From: Chiloscyllium plagiosum
Taxonomy: Eukaryota
NCBI RefSeq assembly: GCF_004010195.1
Contig: NC_057718.1
Span: 94,779,350-94,799,622, forward strand
DNA length: 20,273 nt
Reading direction: 5' to 3'
The translations under genes and the position numbers were made by a program. How positions within the stretch are numbered: the stretch's first letter is position 1; the number at the start of each line of letters is the position of its first letter. The notes under the pieces are model-generated. The model worked only from the letters and a program-made list of their open reading frames with translations, was not told the origin of the DNA and searched no databases. This document shows, piece after piece, positions 1-10,040 of the stretch.

Positions 1-211
1 CTTTCTGCCAAAATGGATAAATTTACTTCTTCCTCTATCTGCAAAATTTATGCCCACTTACTCAACTGATCTGTGTTCTTGTTACATGATTGTCACAACA
101 TACTTTCTTACTTAGCTTTGTATCATTTAGCAACTTAGTCACAAGGCCTTTGTTCCCTTCAGCTAATTCATTGAGGTATGATTTTAAACATCGAGGTCCC
201 AGTACAGATCC
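1..211 (-). mobile_element. Decayed CR1-clade LINE fragment (reverse transcriptase region)
   Basis: The minus strand of ggtcccagtacagatcc (195-211) encodes GSVLGP, a CR1/L2 RT motif. Positions 117-136 resemble a degenerate FADD region. No open ORF. Confidence 0.7.
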
Positions 212-837
212 AATTTATCATATCCAGAGTTCATCACATTTCAGTCAGGTTAGTTAGTGGGAGATAAACTTCCACCAGGAAGACATGCAGCAGGTCCGTC
301 AAATACTTCAATTGTTACATCCATAGTGAGAAAAATGCACTGCAAAATTAACCTTAGAAACAGGAGAAGACAGAAGTAAAAGCATGATGTGACAGGTTAT
401 GGATGAAAATGTGATTTTTGAAGAAGTTGTAAATTTTGCAGAGAAATTATTTATATCTTTTAATGCTCACTTGATGTGCTCAATTCTTTATGATTAAAAA
501 TGTCATACTTTGATATTATTAACTGACCTTGCACATTTAGTATAATCACATGTCCCAAATGCTGCTTTTCAGTGAATAATAATTCTCACAGTTTCTAACA
601 AGGGCTTTCTTCCCTCTGGAATAAGTTCTGTCTAATGACTGATCCTAGCTTTGTTGGAGAAAAATTGGAGTCCGTTCCTCACATTTCTGGAAGGTTTTTT
701 TCAACTAATCTTCTTCAAAAATAGCCTAACAACACAAAGAGTCTTGTTCACACATCACTTCATTGCATTATTATCACCATCCTACTTGATTACACTGTAC
801 TTGCCAGCTCTTTTTTTTCCACAAAGTGTTTCTTTCC

Positions 838-1712
838 CAAAACTTTAAATAATTCTCCCAAGATGGTTAAATTTACGTCTACCCATGTAGAATTAATGGA
901 ATTCAGCCGTAATAAGCTTAGTTGGAGGTAGCAAGTGTTTGAACCCAAAAAGTGATGACTAAATGAGTTAGATGTGTAAGTTAGGGCCAGGTATTATAGT
1001 TATGAGTCATAGAGACCCATCGGTCCAACTCATCCACACTGACCAGATATCCCAAACTGATTGAGTCCCATTTGCCAACACTTGGGCCATATCCCTCTAA
1101 ACCCTTCCTATTCATATACCCATCCAGATGCCTTTTAAATGTTGTAATTGTACCAGCCTCCATCACTTCCTCTGGCAGCTCATTCCATACACGCATCATC
1201 CTTTACATGAAAAGGTTTTCCCTTTGGCCCTTTTAAATCATTCCCCATTCACCTTAAACCTATGCCATCTAGTTCTGGGCTCCCCTCCCTAGGAAAAAGA
1301 CCTTGGCTGTTCAACCTATCCATGCCCCTCAAGATTGTATGATCCTCTATAAGGTCACCCTCAGCCTTTGATGTTCCAGGGAAAACAGCCCCAGCCTGTT
1401 CAGCCTCTCCCCAAAGCTCAAACCCTCCAACCCTGGCAACGTCCTCATCAATCTTTTCTGCACCCTTTTAAGTTTCACAACATTTCCTATAGCGGGGGAA
1501 TATCTGGTTGGTGTGGATGAGTTGGACCGGTGGGTCTCTATGACTCACAACTATAATACCTGGCCCTAACTTACAGATCTAACTCATTCAGTCATCACTT
1601 TTTGGGTTCAAACACTTGCTACCTCCAACTAAGCTTATTACGGCTGAATTCCATTAATTCTACATGGGTAGACGTAAATTTAACCATCTTGGGAGAATTA
1701 TTTAAAGTTTTG
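838..1712. repeat. Inverted duplication: arms 838-1050 and 1500-1712 (213 bp, 207/213 identical)
   Basis: Base-by-base reverse-complement comparison. Mismatches occur at 961, 974, 1002, 1020, 1040 and 1041 only. Confidence 0.97.
1004..1499 (-). mobile_element. CR1-clade (HER1-like) LINE 3' end, part 1
   Basis: ORF 981-1199 (VWNELPEEVMEAGTITTFKRHLDGYMNRKGLEGYG) is the typical CR1 ORF2 C-terminus. The 3' tail lies near 1004-1050. Confidence 0.9.
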
Positions 1713-1918
1713 TGAATTGAGCACGGCATTCCAAAACTGGCCTAATCAATGTCCTAATCACAGCCTCAACATGACCTCCCAATTCCTATACTTAATGCAC
1801 TGACCAATAAAGGAAAGCATATTAAACACCCTCTTCACTCTCCTATTAACCAGCAACTTCACTTTCAAGCGCCTACACTCCAAGGTCTCTTTGTCCAGCA
1901 ACACTCCCCAGAACCCTA
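1713..1918 (-). mobile_element. CR1-clade LINE, part 2 (continuation after the inverted insertion)
   Basis: gaattg...ttccaaaa.tggcctaa.caatgtcc...aacatgacctccc...tgaccaataaagg continues the CR1 ORF2 sequence interrupted at about 1499 (recalled family consensus). Confidence 0.8.
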
Positions 1919-2112
1919 TGTTTCACTTTTCCTTGCTTTACAATTTCAGATAATGCAGTTTTCTGGGGAGTAGCACCAAAACCTGAACTCCAGGGTCACT
2001 GCTTTTAAAGGAGTTCTGTTTGAAGAACATCAAGCAGGTGCAACAGGAGCAGTTAGTGTCCAGGACTACAGCAAAATAATGAACGACACCGCCCCATATG
2101 CCCACCATCATG

Positions 2113-2440
2113 CACATACATATTCACACACACACACACACACACACAAATACCAGACACACACACACTCACACAGAGACACGCACACAGAGACACACAC
2201 ACAGACACACAAATGCACAAACTCATATATACATACACACACACAGACATACAAATACACGCACACAGACACACACACACACACACACAGACTGACACAC
2301 TCACATATATGCACACACACAGACACACTCACATACACACACGGTCTCTCACACACACAGTCACACACACACACACAGTCACATACAGACACACAGTCAC
2401 ACACACACACACACAGTCACACACAGACACACACACACAA
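2113..2440. repeat. Compound (CA)n microsatellite with CAGA/CATA/CAGT interruptions
   Basis: Seen directly. It explains the His/Thr and Cys/Val low-complexity ORFs at 2053-2522. Confidence 0.98.
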
Positions 2441-2646
2441 CAGTCTTGACTTATTCTCAATCAAGAACATTTCCTGTTCAATATGTGGATTAAAGCCACC
2501 CCAAATTGATAATCCAAAATGAGGAATTCCAGTTCTGACTAAGAGAAAAAGCTGCACCAGTGGGTGGGGCAATCTAGAAGCAACTAATCAAGAAGCTACA
2601 TCAATCAGTATTTACAAACAACAACAACAAGAGGTAGCAAGGATCC

Positions 2647-2948
2647 TCATAGAGTCCCTCCAGTGTGGAAACAGGCCATTCGGTCCAACAAGTCCACACT
2701 GACACTCTGAAAAGCATCACACCCTGACTCACCCTGCCTCTCTTATCCTATAACCCTGCACACCCCCCAGACACTCTGGGGCAATTTAGCATGGCCAATC
2801 CACCCAACCTGCACAGGTTTGGACTGTGGGAGGAAACATACGCAGACATGGGGCAAATGTGCAAATTCCACACAGACAGTAGCCTGAGGGTGGAATTGAA
2901 CCCTGGGTCCCTGATGCTGCAAGGCAGCAGTGCTAGTCACTGTGCTTC
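2647..2948 (-). mobile_element. HE1-type tRNA-derived SINE, near full length
   Basis: Contains the diagnostic core tttagcatggccaatccacc.aacctgcaca..tttggactgtgggaggaaac, a tRNA-like head with B box (reverse complement of gaattgaaccc) and a CR1-like tail. Homologous to the copies at about 5985 and 7712. Confidence 0.9.
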
Positions 2949-2951
2949 CCT

Positions 2952-3050
2952 CCGGTGGGTCAATTGTACTCTCCCCATCTTTAGACCAAACATTCTGGGT
3001 TCAAGTCGTACCTGCTGCAGAGGTGAGTCTGAACAGGTTGATTTTTAAAA
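2952..3050 (+). mobile_element. Short decayed tRNA-derived SINE
   Basis: B-box-like ctgggttcaagtc followed by cctgctgcagagg...tctgaacaggttga. Similar to the minus-strand copy at about 7063-7367. Confidence 0.5.
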
Positions 3051-3289
3051 TTCCATATTAAATAAGGACTAATCTCAAGAAAAAGCTGGAATTATCAAGT
3101 TACAACACAGCTTTAACTGAAGGAGCCATTTAGTAAATGTGTCCAAAATCAGAAGGGATAGTTTGGACAAATATAGGGGGACTAAAGTGTGAGTAACCAG
3201 AGTGTATATCGACCTAAGGCCATTTTTAAAAAATTCATTTGCAGAATTGCTAAAAGAACCAGAGGAAAGATTTTTTTTTTGTGTGCGTG

Positions 3290-3508
3290 TGTGTACGTGC
3301 TGTGAGATTGGAAATGAACAGCCAGAAAGGTTACTAGAGGAAAATTCAACAACAATATACAAAAAGGAATGGGATAATACCTGAAGGGGGTTGGGGTCAG
3401 TTTGCAGAATTATAAGGAAAGAGCTGGATGGTGAAACTATTTAATTAGCTCTCTCTAGAAGCAAGCCAAATGGGTTTGACAGATCTCCATCAGTCCTGCA
3501 TTATTTTA
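3290..3508 (+). mobile_element. Highly decayed CR1 3' end
   Basis: Remnant similarity to the CR1 tail order: tggaatg..cagcc.gaaagg, aaaaaggaatgggataatac, aaatggg...ctcc.tc.gt.ctg. Confidence 0.5.
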
Positions 3509-5069
3509 TAAACAACTCTTTCATCACAGGACAGAAAACTTCAAACACATCTGAAGCACAAATGATGCACTCACTTGATTTTCCCCAATCTTAGTATCTT
3601 TTAATCCAGTCACACCAGTGAAAATATATCCACTTATTTTTCATAATAATATTCCCTCCTCTTGGTTTGTCACAGCAGTGATGGAGTGGAGTCATTAGGC
3701 TTCATTTTCCTCATTGTCCATGAGCCACAGTTCAACAAATGCTATGCACCTCACAGTGAAATGAACCAGCATTGGCACATTGATACCAATTAAGGTAGCC
3801 AACTGATCAAAGAATGATCATTGGTCGGTTAATACCACTATTGAAATCACATTGCTCTCAAATTGTACATTTCAGTAAAGATTTTAAATTAACAAGAAAA
3901 TGTAATATTTGAACAAGAAAACATGACCTGGTTTGGGTATTACTGTTTTAACTTTGATGAAAAGTAACAAACAGGGCCATATACAGATAAAACATTAAGA
4001 GGGCAGTGTGATTTTCTTGTAATATTCTTACATTTTATTATTGAGAGTACATGTGCAATAGTTTGTGTGAATTAATGTGAATAGCACTGACTTCACCGAA
4101 TTAATAGCTTCCCATTTTCATTTATATGAAATATTTGTTCGAATTCAGTGCAATCCACGTTCAGAGGGTGACTGTCATTTAAACACATTTCCATGTAAAA
4201 TGTTTAACTCCACTAAAGCCCGTTCCTTCAGAATACAGAATGCCATTAGAACAGATGTTATTACAAACCACTTACACTCATGCATTTTGGTGAAAATGAA
4301 TGTAGCAGCAAAGGTCAAAAGCAAATTGGTTCATAAGTCAGATCCTGAATTCTGCACACTTACTCGCTCTTTCAAATGGTTCATCTGAATGGATAATGAT
4401 GTACTTCTGGACTCAACGGTGCATGATTGATGCAAGGTCACAGATGAATAAGCTGTGGTCTTAGCCAGCAAGAAAAATCTCATTTATCGTCTGAAAAGGG
4501 ATCAGAGCAGTCACAATTCAGCTCACGTTTCGCTATCAAAAGTGAGGCTAATTTAGAAAAGCCTAGCTATGCTGTTGGTAAGGCTCCAGTGAGCCAAATA
4601 TGTGAGTTACATTTTACTTTGGAGTTCCTGTCTTGGTGGTCAAAATTGGGCTTTGGAGGCTGAATGTTCAGAGCGGCATGATTCATTTCCTAAATGTTTC
4701 CATTATTATTTGAAGTCATGCACAGGGCAGAGTTGCAACATCCCTTGTTTGAATGGATTGCGATGACTGTACTGTAGTTTTCAGGCCTTTGTTCTTCCTC
4801 TCAGTTTAATGTTTGCTACAGAAAAGCCTCCCTGATGTAGAAAGTATTTAATTTTGAACGATAAACAACTGGCCTGTTTCCTTATGCAGAAAGTGCACTT
4901 CAAAGCAAAACCATAAGATCAGTCTATCTAGTTAAACTTTGACCCATTCCTGCACCACGATTCGCAATTCTGATTGTTTACGACACAGCAATTTATGGAT
5001 TAAAGGCAGAGATTGCAAATTATCTTTTCCCTATTTGCAAAGGTTACTTTAAAAGGATTGCCCTTTGAA

Positions 5070-5242
5070 ATTAATGCATGAATGATCTTGTGGAAGAGAT
5101 TATGCCTAAAACAAATTTTCTGCAGTCAGTAGATAGTTAAAAAAAATCAGGGCAATAGGCAAAAAGCTGGCAAGATTAACAGAATAGTTTGTTCAAACGC
5201 CAGTTTAGGTACAATAGGCCAAGAGATCTCTGTCTGCTCTTT
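5070..5242 (+). mobile_element. Highly decayed CR1 3' end
   Basis: cagggcaataggcaaaaagctggc...ggtacaataggccaa resembles the CR1 3' UTR. Confidence 0.4.
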
Positions 5243-5577
5243 AAATAAAACGCAATTGTTATGTGGTTTTTAAGTAGAACGTAGTTGAGACATGTAGATT
5301 CCATTGATTTGAACACCTCAGCTGGATTTATTTACAGCTAACAATATGTAGAGTACAGAGTAACCCCAGCAATAGTCTGCATTTCCAAGTGGTAAATAAA
5401 GGTGGTATATAATTTATGCAAGGTGTTGAAACCTTCATTACTTTATTCTTATTTGACCTCATTTCTGCTTTGGCACTGTGAATTGAAGTTGAAATGTAAC
5501 CATTGATCAACAGCTTGTTTTTGGAAAGGAAGAGAACCATCAGACAAATGTTTTTTTTAAAAACTGTGCGGGTTCGG

Positions 5578-5680
5578 CAGTTCAGATGAAGAGTCGCCAG
5601 AATTGAAATGTTCACTCAGCATTATTTCCTCACAGATGCTGCCAGACCTGCTAACCTGCACCAGCAATTTCTGGTTTTGT
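5578..5680 (+). mobile_element. Penelope-like terminal-repeat fragment (family C) with degenerate hammerhead motif
   Basis: gttcAGATGAagagtc...aattGAAAtgtt followed by cacagatgctgccagacctgct. The gatgctgcc.gacctgct motif is shared with the family A copies at about 7150 and 12043. Confidence 0.6.
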
Positions 5681-5982
5681 GACCTACAATTCATGGGAAC
5701 TGGCCTGGAGAGATAATTGCAGGTTGATTCTTCTCTAGAACACTATAAAGGTTTAGTACCATGTTGCTCAGAGACTGCAGCTGGTTGGATGTTGAATGGG
5801 TCAATCAATGGCAGAATGGTGCTGGCCAGTCAATCACAGACAACGTTGAAAAAGAAAGCGAAACCATAGTTTGAACTGGTTTGATTTGGGTTTTGAGCAG
5901 AAGGCTCATTGTGTGGATGCTGCTGGACTCGAAGCTGTTTTGTATTTTACTGTCTCTAGTTTTATACCCAGTTAAAGAATTT

Positions 5983-6210
5983 ATAGGATTATAGACTCCC
6001 TACAGTGTGGAAGCTGGGCATATGGCCCATCGAATCCATACTGACCCTCTGAAGAGCATCCTACCCAGACCCACCCTAGCACTTCATTTCCCATGGCTAA
6101 TCCACCTAGCCTGGACACAATGGGGCAATTTAGCATGGCCAATCCATCTAACCTGCACACCTTTGGACTGTGGAAGGAAACTGGAGCATGTGGAAGAAAT
6201 CCATGCAGGT
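5983..6210 (-). mobile_element. HE1-type SINE, 5'-truncated
   Basis: Same core as 2647-2948 (gggcaatttagcatggccaatcca.ctaacctgcacac.tttggactgtgg). The tRNA head is absent. Confidence 0.88.
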
Positions 6211-6559
6211 GAGCATGTACTACGACATAAGTAAATGTCTCTAGCGATTTGCAGAAGTTGTTTGCATGCATCAGTGCCTTCAGGATTCAAGCTAGGTACA
6301 ATCCCATGTGACTGGGATACAAAGCATCGTTAAAGGATTTCTAAAGGATGCGAAAATGTTGAACTGGCAAATTGCAATTTTTTTTTTCTTTAATTTGTCC
6401 GTTTATTGTGTCTGTCTGTTTGCTTGTTGGTATCTAACTGGGGAATCTGGTTAAAGAATATTGGGCTTGAATCAAAGATATGAGATTCATTATCTTGTTG
6501 TTTATCCATGCTCTCCTAATGTTATGTTATTAATAATAAGTTGTTGATTTCTGATTAAG

Positions 6560-6613
6560 TTAAGAATCACAACTATCAGACTCTGTTTGGAGTCTGATAA
6601 CTGTGATTCTTAA
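6560..6613. repeat. 54-bp hairpin, 24-bp arms (22/24 paired), 6-nt loop
   Basis: ttaagaatcacaactatcagactc-tgtttg-gagtctgataactgtgattcttaa. Confidence 0.9.
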
Positions 6614-7062
6614 AGTGTCATTAGGAACAACTGGGCAATTTTGAGGATCGTCAAATGTTTTAATTTCACTATGTTGCAAAACCAGTGTTAGCGAGTCTGA
6701 TTTATAGTGGCTTGCTATCCCTGTGTTGTAACAAAGGTAAGGTACATACATAATATCAGTCCAGTCCCCGCATAGTCCTGAATGTTGCTTATGAACATAT
6801 CTATGAATTAGGAGAAGGAGTTGGTTTCCTGGTCTCTCAAGCCCGCTCCTTCTTTCAATGTAATTGTGGTCGTTCTGATTACTACACCAATTAAGCTTAC
6901 AAGCAAAAACCTTTCACCCACTTGCTTAGCAAAGATTCATCAAGCTCTGATTCAAAACATAAAGGACTTGACTTCCATCACCTTTTATGGCTGGGAGTTC
7001 CAAAGACTCATGACGGTCTGAGAAAAGTGTTCTTTTTTAGCCATATTTAACAGGCAACTCTT

Positions 7063-7367
7063 TGGTTTCACATATTTTGGGTTAACCTGTTCAAAAATGT
7101 AAACAGAAGTGGGTACTGCAGATGCTGGAGATTAGAGTGATACTGGAAAAGCACAGCAGGTCAGGCAGTATCTGAGGAGCAGTAAAATCGACGTTTCAGG
7201 CAAAAGCCCTTCATCAGGAATCATTCCTGATGAAGAGCTTTTGCCCGAAATGTCGCTTTTCCTATTACTGTTCAAAAATGTCTTTACATACTCCTGGAGC
7301 AAGTGGGAGTTGAACCCAGGCCCTTGTGGCTCAGAAGTAAGGATACTAGCACTGTGCCATAAGAGCC
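7063..7367 (-). mobile_element. Short tRNA-derived SINE, interrupted at 7101-7281
   Basis: The minus-strand head ggctcttatggcacagtg...ctgggttcaactcccac has A/B-box-like motifs. Its tail tgaacaggttaa lies at about 7081-7093. Confidence 0.65.
7101..7267. mobile_element. Penelope-like non-autonomous insertion (family A): head-to-head inverted hammerhead pair, 14-bp TSD
   Basis: TSD ctgttcaaaaatgt at 7087-7100 and 7268-7281. Inverted arms 7184-7221 and 7223-7260 each carry CTGATGA...GAAA. Confidence 0.85.
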
Positions 7368-7711
7368 ACTCAGTTTTAAAGTGATCCCTAGTTCTAGATT
7401 TTCCACATACATCCTGTTGAGAACACTCATGATATTATAATTCAGTAAAGTCACTTCTTAATCTTCAAACCGTCAGTGATATAAGCTTAACCTGACCAAA
7501 ACCATAACATTACAGGGAATGGTCTGGTAATTGTTCTCTGAAGATTCGAAGGTTCTCGGGTTAACATACCAATACTGGTTGAAGTACACATTTGTGGTGT
7601 AGTCTACATCTTCATTACAGCATCTTCGTATCTCTGTGTTTCTTCTCTCCCAGGTACCTGGAAACACATCTCCTGCAGGTTACCAGCTGTTATAGGCCCT
7701 GAAACATACAA

Positions 7712-8045
7712 TCACAGAATCCCTACAGTGCGGAAGCAGGCCATTCGGCCCATCGAGTCCACACCAACCTTCCAAAGAGCATCCCACCCAGATCTATTCC
7801 CTGGATCCCTACATTTCCCATGATTAACCCACCTACTCTGCATATCCCTGGACACTGTAGACCACTTAGCATGGCCAATCCACCTAATCTATACACCTTC
7901 GGACTGTGGGAGGAAACCGGAGCACCCAGAGTAAACCCAAGAAGACTCAGGGGAGAATGCACAAACTCCACACATGGCAGACAGTGGAATGGAACTGGGG
8001 CTTCTGGTGAGGCACCAGTGCAAACCACTGAGCCACTGTGCTATC
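7712..8045 (-). mobile_element. HE1-type SINE, full length, 10-bp TSD
   Basis: HE1 core and CR1-like tail. TSD aaacatacaa at 7702-7711 and 8046-8055. Confidence 0.92.
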
Positions 8046-9454
8046 AAACATACAACTATGCCCATAAGGTGCACTGGCAAGGGGAACATTGGCATGCTCA
8101 AGTACTCTTTGTGCAGTGGCTCACAATGGATCCTCAATACTCATCAATGGAAGCATTAATCCTGTTAATAATACAAGCAGGTTTTTTTGAACGAGGGTTG
8201 AGGGAATCAGCTGTGAATGACCATTCAGATTGACAGGACTGGGATATCCAGAAACATTAAAGGCACTCCTAAAAAAAACTATTATTATCTCAACCTATTA
8301 TATCAAGTCCCCTGCTTTAAAGAGATGAATTTCACCCCTTGATCTACATAGCATTGCCAGATGTTTCTAACTATTTCTACTTTCATTAATAAGCTGTTTA
8401 ATCAAACATAAATTTAATTTCCCTCCACCACTCCCTTCTAAAATGTGTGAATTTTTTTAACAGCAATACTCACTGCTATTCCCCCAAAAATTGTAATTAT
8501 GTCATAAAACATTTATTTCACTGAACGTGTTGAAGGAACCATCATGATTATGACTTTTCCCGCTCAAGTTAATTGCTTTCACATTTTTATTCTAACGATG
8601 AAAGAAAACTAATTACAGCAACGAGGGAGCACAGTCTCAGGAGGACATGGTGGCGATAAATTATGTATTATGGCTTTACTAATCCAACAGGAAAGGCTAT
8701 CAAAATGCAAATCTATTCATTATCACAGCTTGAATGATTTCATCCTCAGTTAAAGCTGTTTCAAATGCTCCCTGTGCATGTGTTGTACCTACGTAAACTG
8801 GTAACCTCAAGGCCGGGCCTTTGCTGAAGCAGAGAATCTGGCAGGCCACAGGAGGTCATCTGTCTGATACTGTCCCTGATCTGAGCACAATTTCTTTGCA
8901 CCCATCCCTTCCCACTAGTTGCTAGGCACTGACATACTGCCCTATCCCAGTGGTAAGCAGCAGTTGTTCCTTCTGCACTGTTATTGTTATACTGCACTGA
9001 CTTTATAAAGGGAGCTTCAAGGTCGTACCATTAGGGGTGAGACAGGAGTGAGAATGTCGTGAAACAGGCGTACTGTGGGCGCTGAATCACAGAGTTTCCT
9101 GAACTAGAGAGTGCTGGGTAAGAAAAGTACAACCTGTAACAATAAGCGATGGACATCAGGAAGATCTGAAGATTGATATCAATGATGCTGAGGAAGCAAG
9201 TTCCACCAACATCCAAATCCCACAGCTGACTCAGACACTGAAGTGACAGAGTTTTATAATGATACAATTGATCCTCTGAGTAAAGTGCTCACATCCCAGT
9301 GTTAGGGTTTTGTTAAGAAGTTGACGCATGTACAACTCAGAGCATGTTGCTTCATAGCCCTGTTATCTTGTACAATGTAACAATAAATAGAGTTTAACAG
9401 CTACTCATAAGTCTAACTTGAGTTTCTCTCAACACCCAAAGAACCCATCCAGAA

Positions 9455-10040
9455 GTAGGGAGATCCTCCGAAAACTATACAAGGCACTAGACAGGCCACA
9501 TATGGAACACTGTGAACAGTTTTGAGACCCCTATCTAAGGAATGTTGGACTGGCAATCCAGAGAAGGTTCACTGGGCTGGTCCTGGGTATGGAGGGACTG
9601 TCTTGTGAGGAGAGGTTGAGTAGATTGGGCATGTAATTGTTGGAACATAGAAGAATGAGAGGCAACCATATTGAAACATACAAAATTCCTGGGGGATTTG
9701 ATGCAAAAAGGTTGGTTGCCTTTATGGGATAGTCTAGAACCAGTGGGTATAACCAGAAGGAATGAGGTGTTGCATACTTAAGGGTTTAGATGATGAAGAA
9801 TTTCTTCTCTCAACGGGCAGTGAATATGTGGAATTCTTTCCAGCAGAAGGCTATCCAGTCTGGGTTATTAATTATCTTCAAGGCTGAGATAGATAAATTT
9901 TTAATCAGTAAGGGAATCAAGGCTTATAGAATAAGACAAGAAAATGGAATTGAGGGTTATCAGATGAACCGCAATCTCATTGATTGGTGCAACACATGCT
10001 GAATGGCCTCCATCTGCTCCTATGTCTTATGGTCTTATGA
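9455..10040 (+). mobile_element. CR1-clade LINE 3' fragment
   Basis: ORF 9790-10002 (KNFFSQRAVNMWNS...FKAEIDKFLISKGIKAY) and the tail cctatgtcttatggtcttatg. Homologous to 19835-20273. Confidence 0.9.

Larger units (their letters stand above)
5678..6733 (+). mobile_element. Possible solo LTR, interrupted by an HE1 SINE
   Basis: Imperfect inverted termini TGTGAC...GTAACA with a T-rich 3' half. No TSD was found, so this call is weak. Confidence 0.3.
6800..7470 (-). mobile_element. Decayed CR1 3' fragment split by nested SINE and Penelope-like insertions
   Basis: 6800-7062 (gagttccaaagactca.gac) and 7370-7470 (ccctagttctagatt) are collinear pieces of a CR1 3' end. Confidence 0.65.

Noticed and set aside
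1921..2070. Strong plus-strand acceptor-like tract (tttcacttttccttgctttacaatttcag)
   Set aside because: All three frames stop within about 60 nt and no convincing donor follows.
2053..2522. Several overlapping ORFs up to 147 aa (His/Thr- or Cys/Val-rich)
   Set aside because: Translation artefacts of the (CA)n microsatellite.
4077..4388. 103-aa plus-strand ORF
   Set aside because: GTG start, no recognisable domain and no supporting splice structure.
6572..6601. Resemblance of the hairpin arm (ttatcagact) to miR-21
   Set aside because: Only a 10-nt match without the miR-21 seed or precursor context.
7305..7367. tRNA-like A/B boxes here and at about 2890-2948 and 16130-16199
   Set aside because: These are SINE heads without a complete cloverleaf, not tRNA genes.
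7631..7690. Plus-strand polypyrimidine tract plus CAG (7631-7653)
   Set aside because: No strong donor or recognisable peptide downstream; the sequence runs into an HE1 SINE.
7820..8233. 137-aa ORF, and similar ORFs at 2791-3048 and 5981-6290
   Set aside because: These are read through HE1 SINE sequence; the same MANPPNL/RLGGLAMLN pseudo-peptides recur in each copy.
9030..9451. Possible LTR-retrotransposon remnant (acidic short ORFs, then TGT...AATAAA...CA at about 9300-9451)
   Set aside because: No polypurine tract, TSD or integrase motif could be identified.
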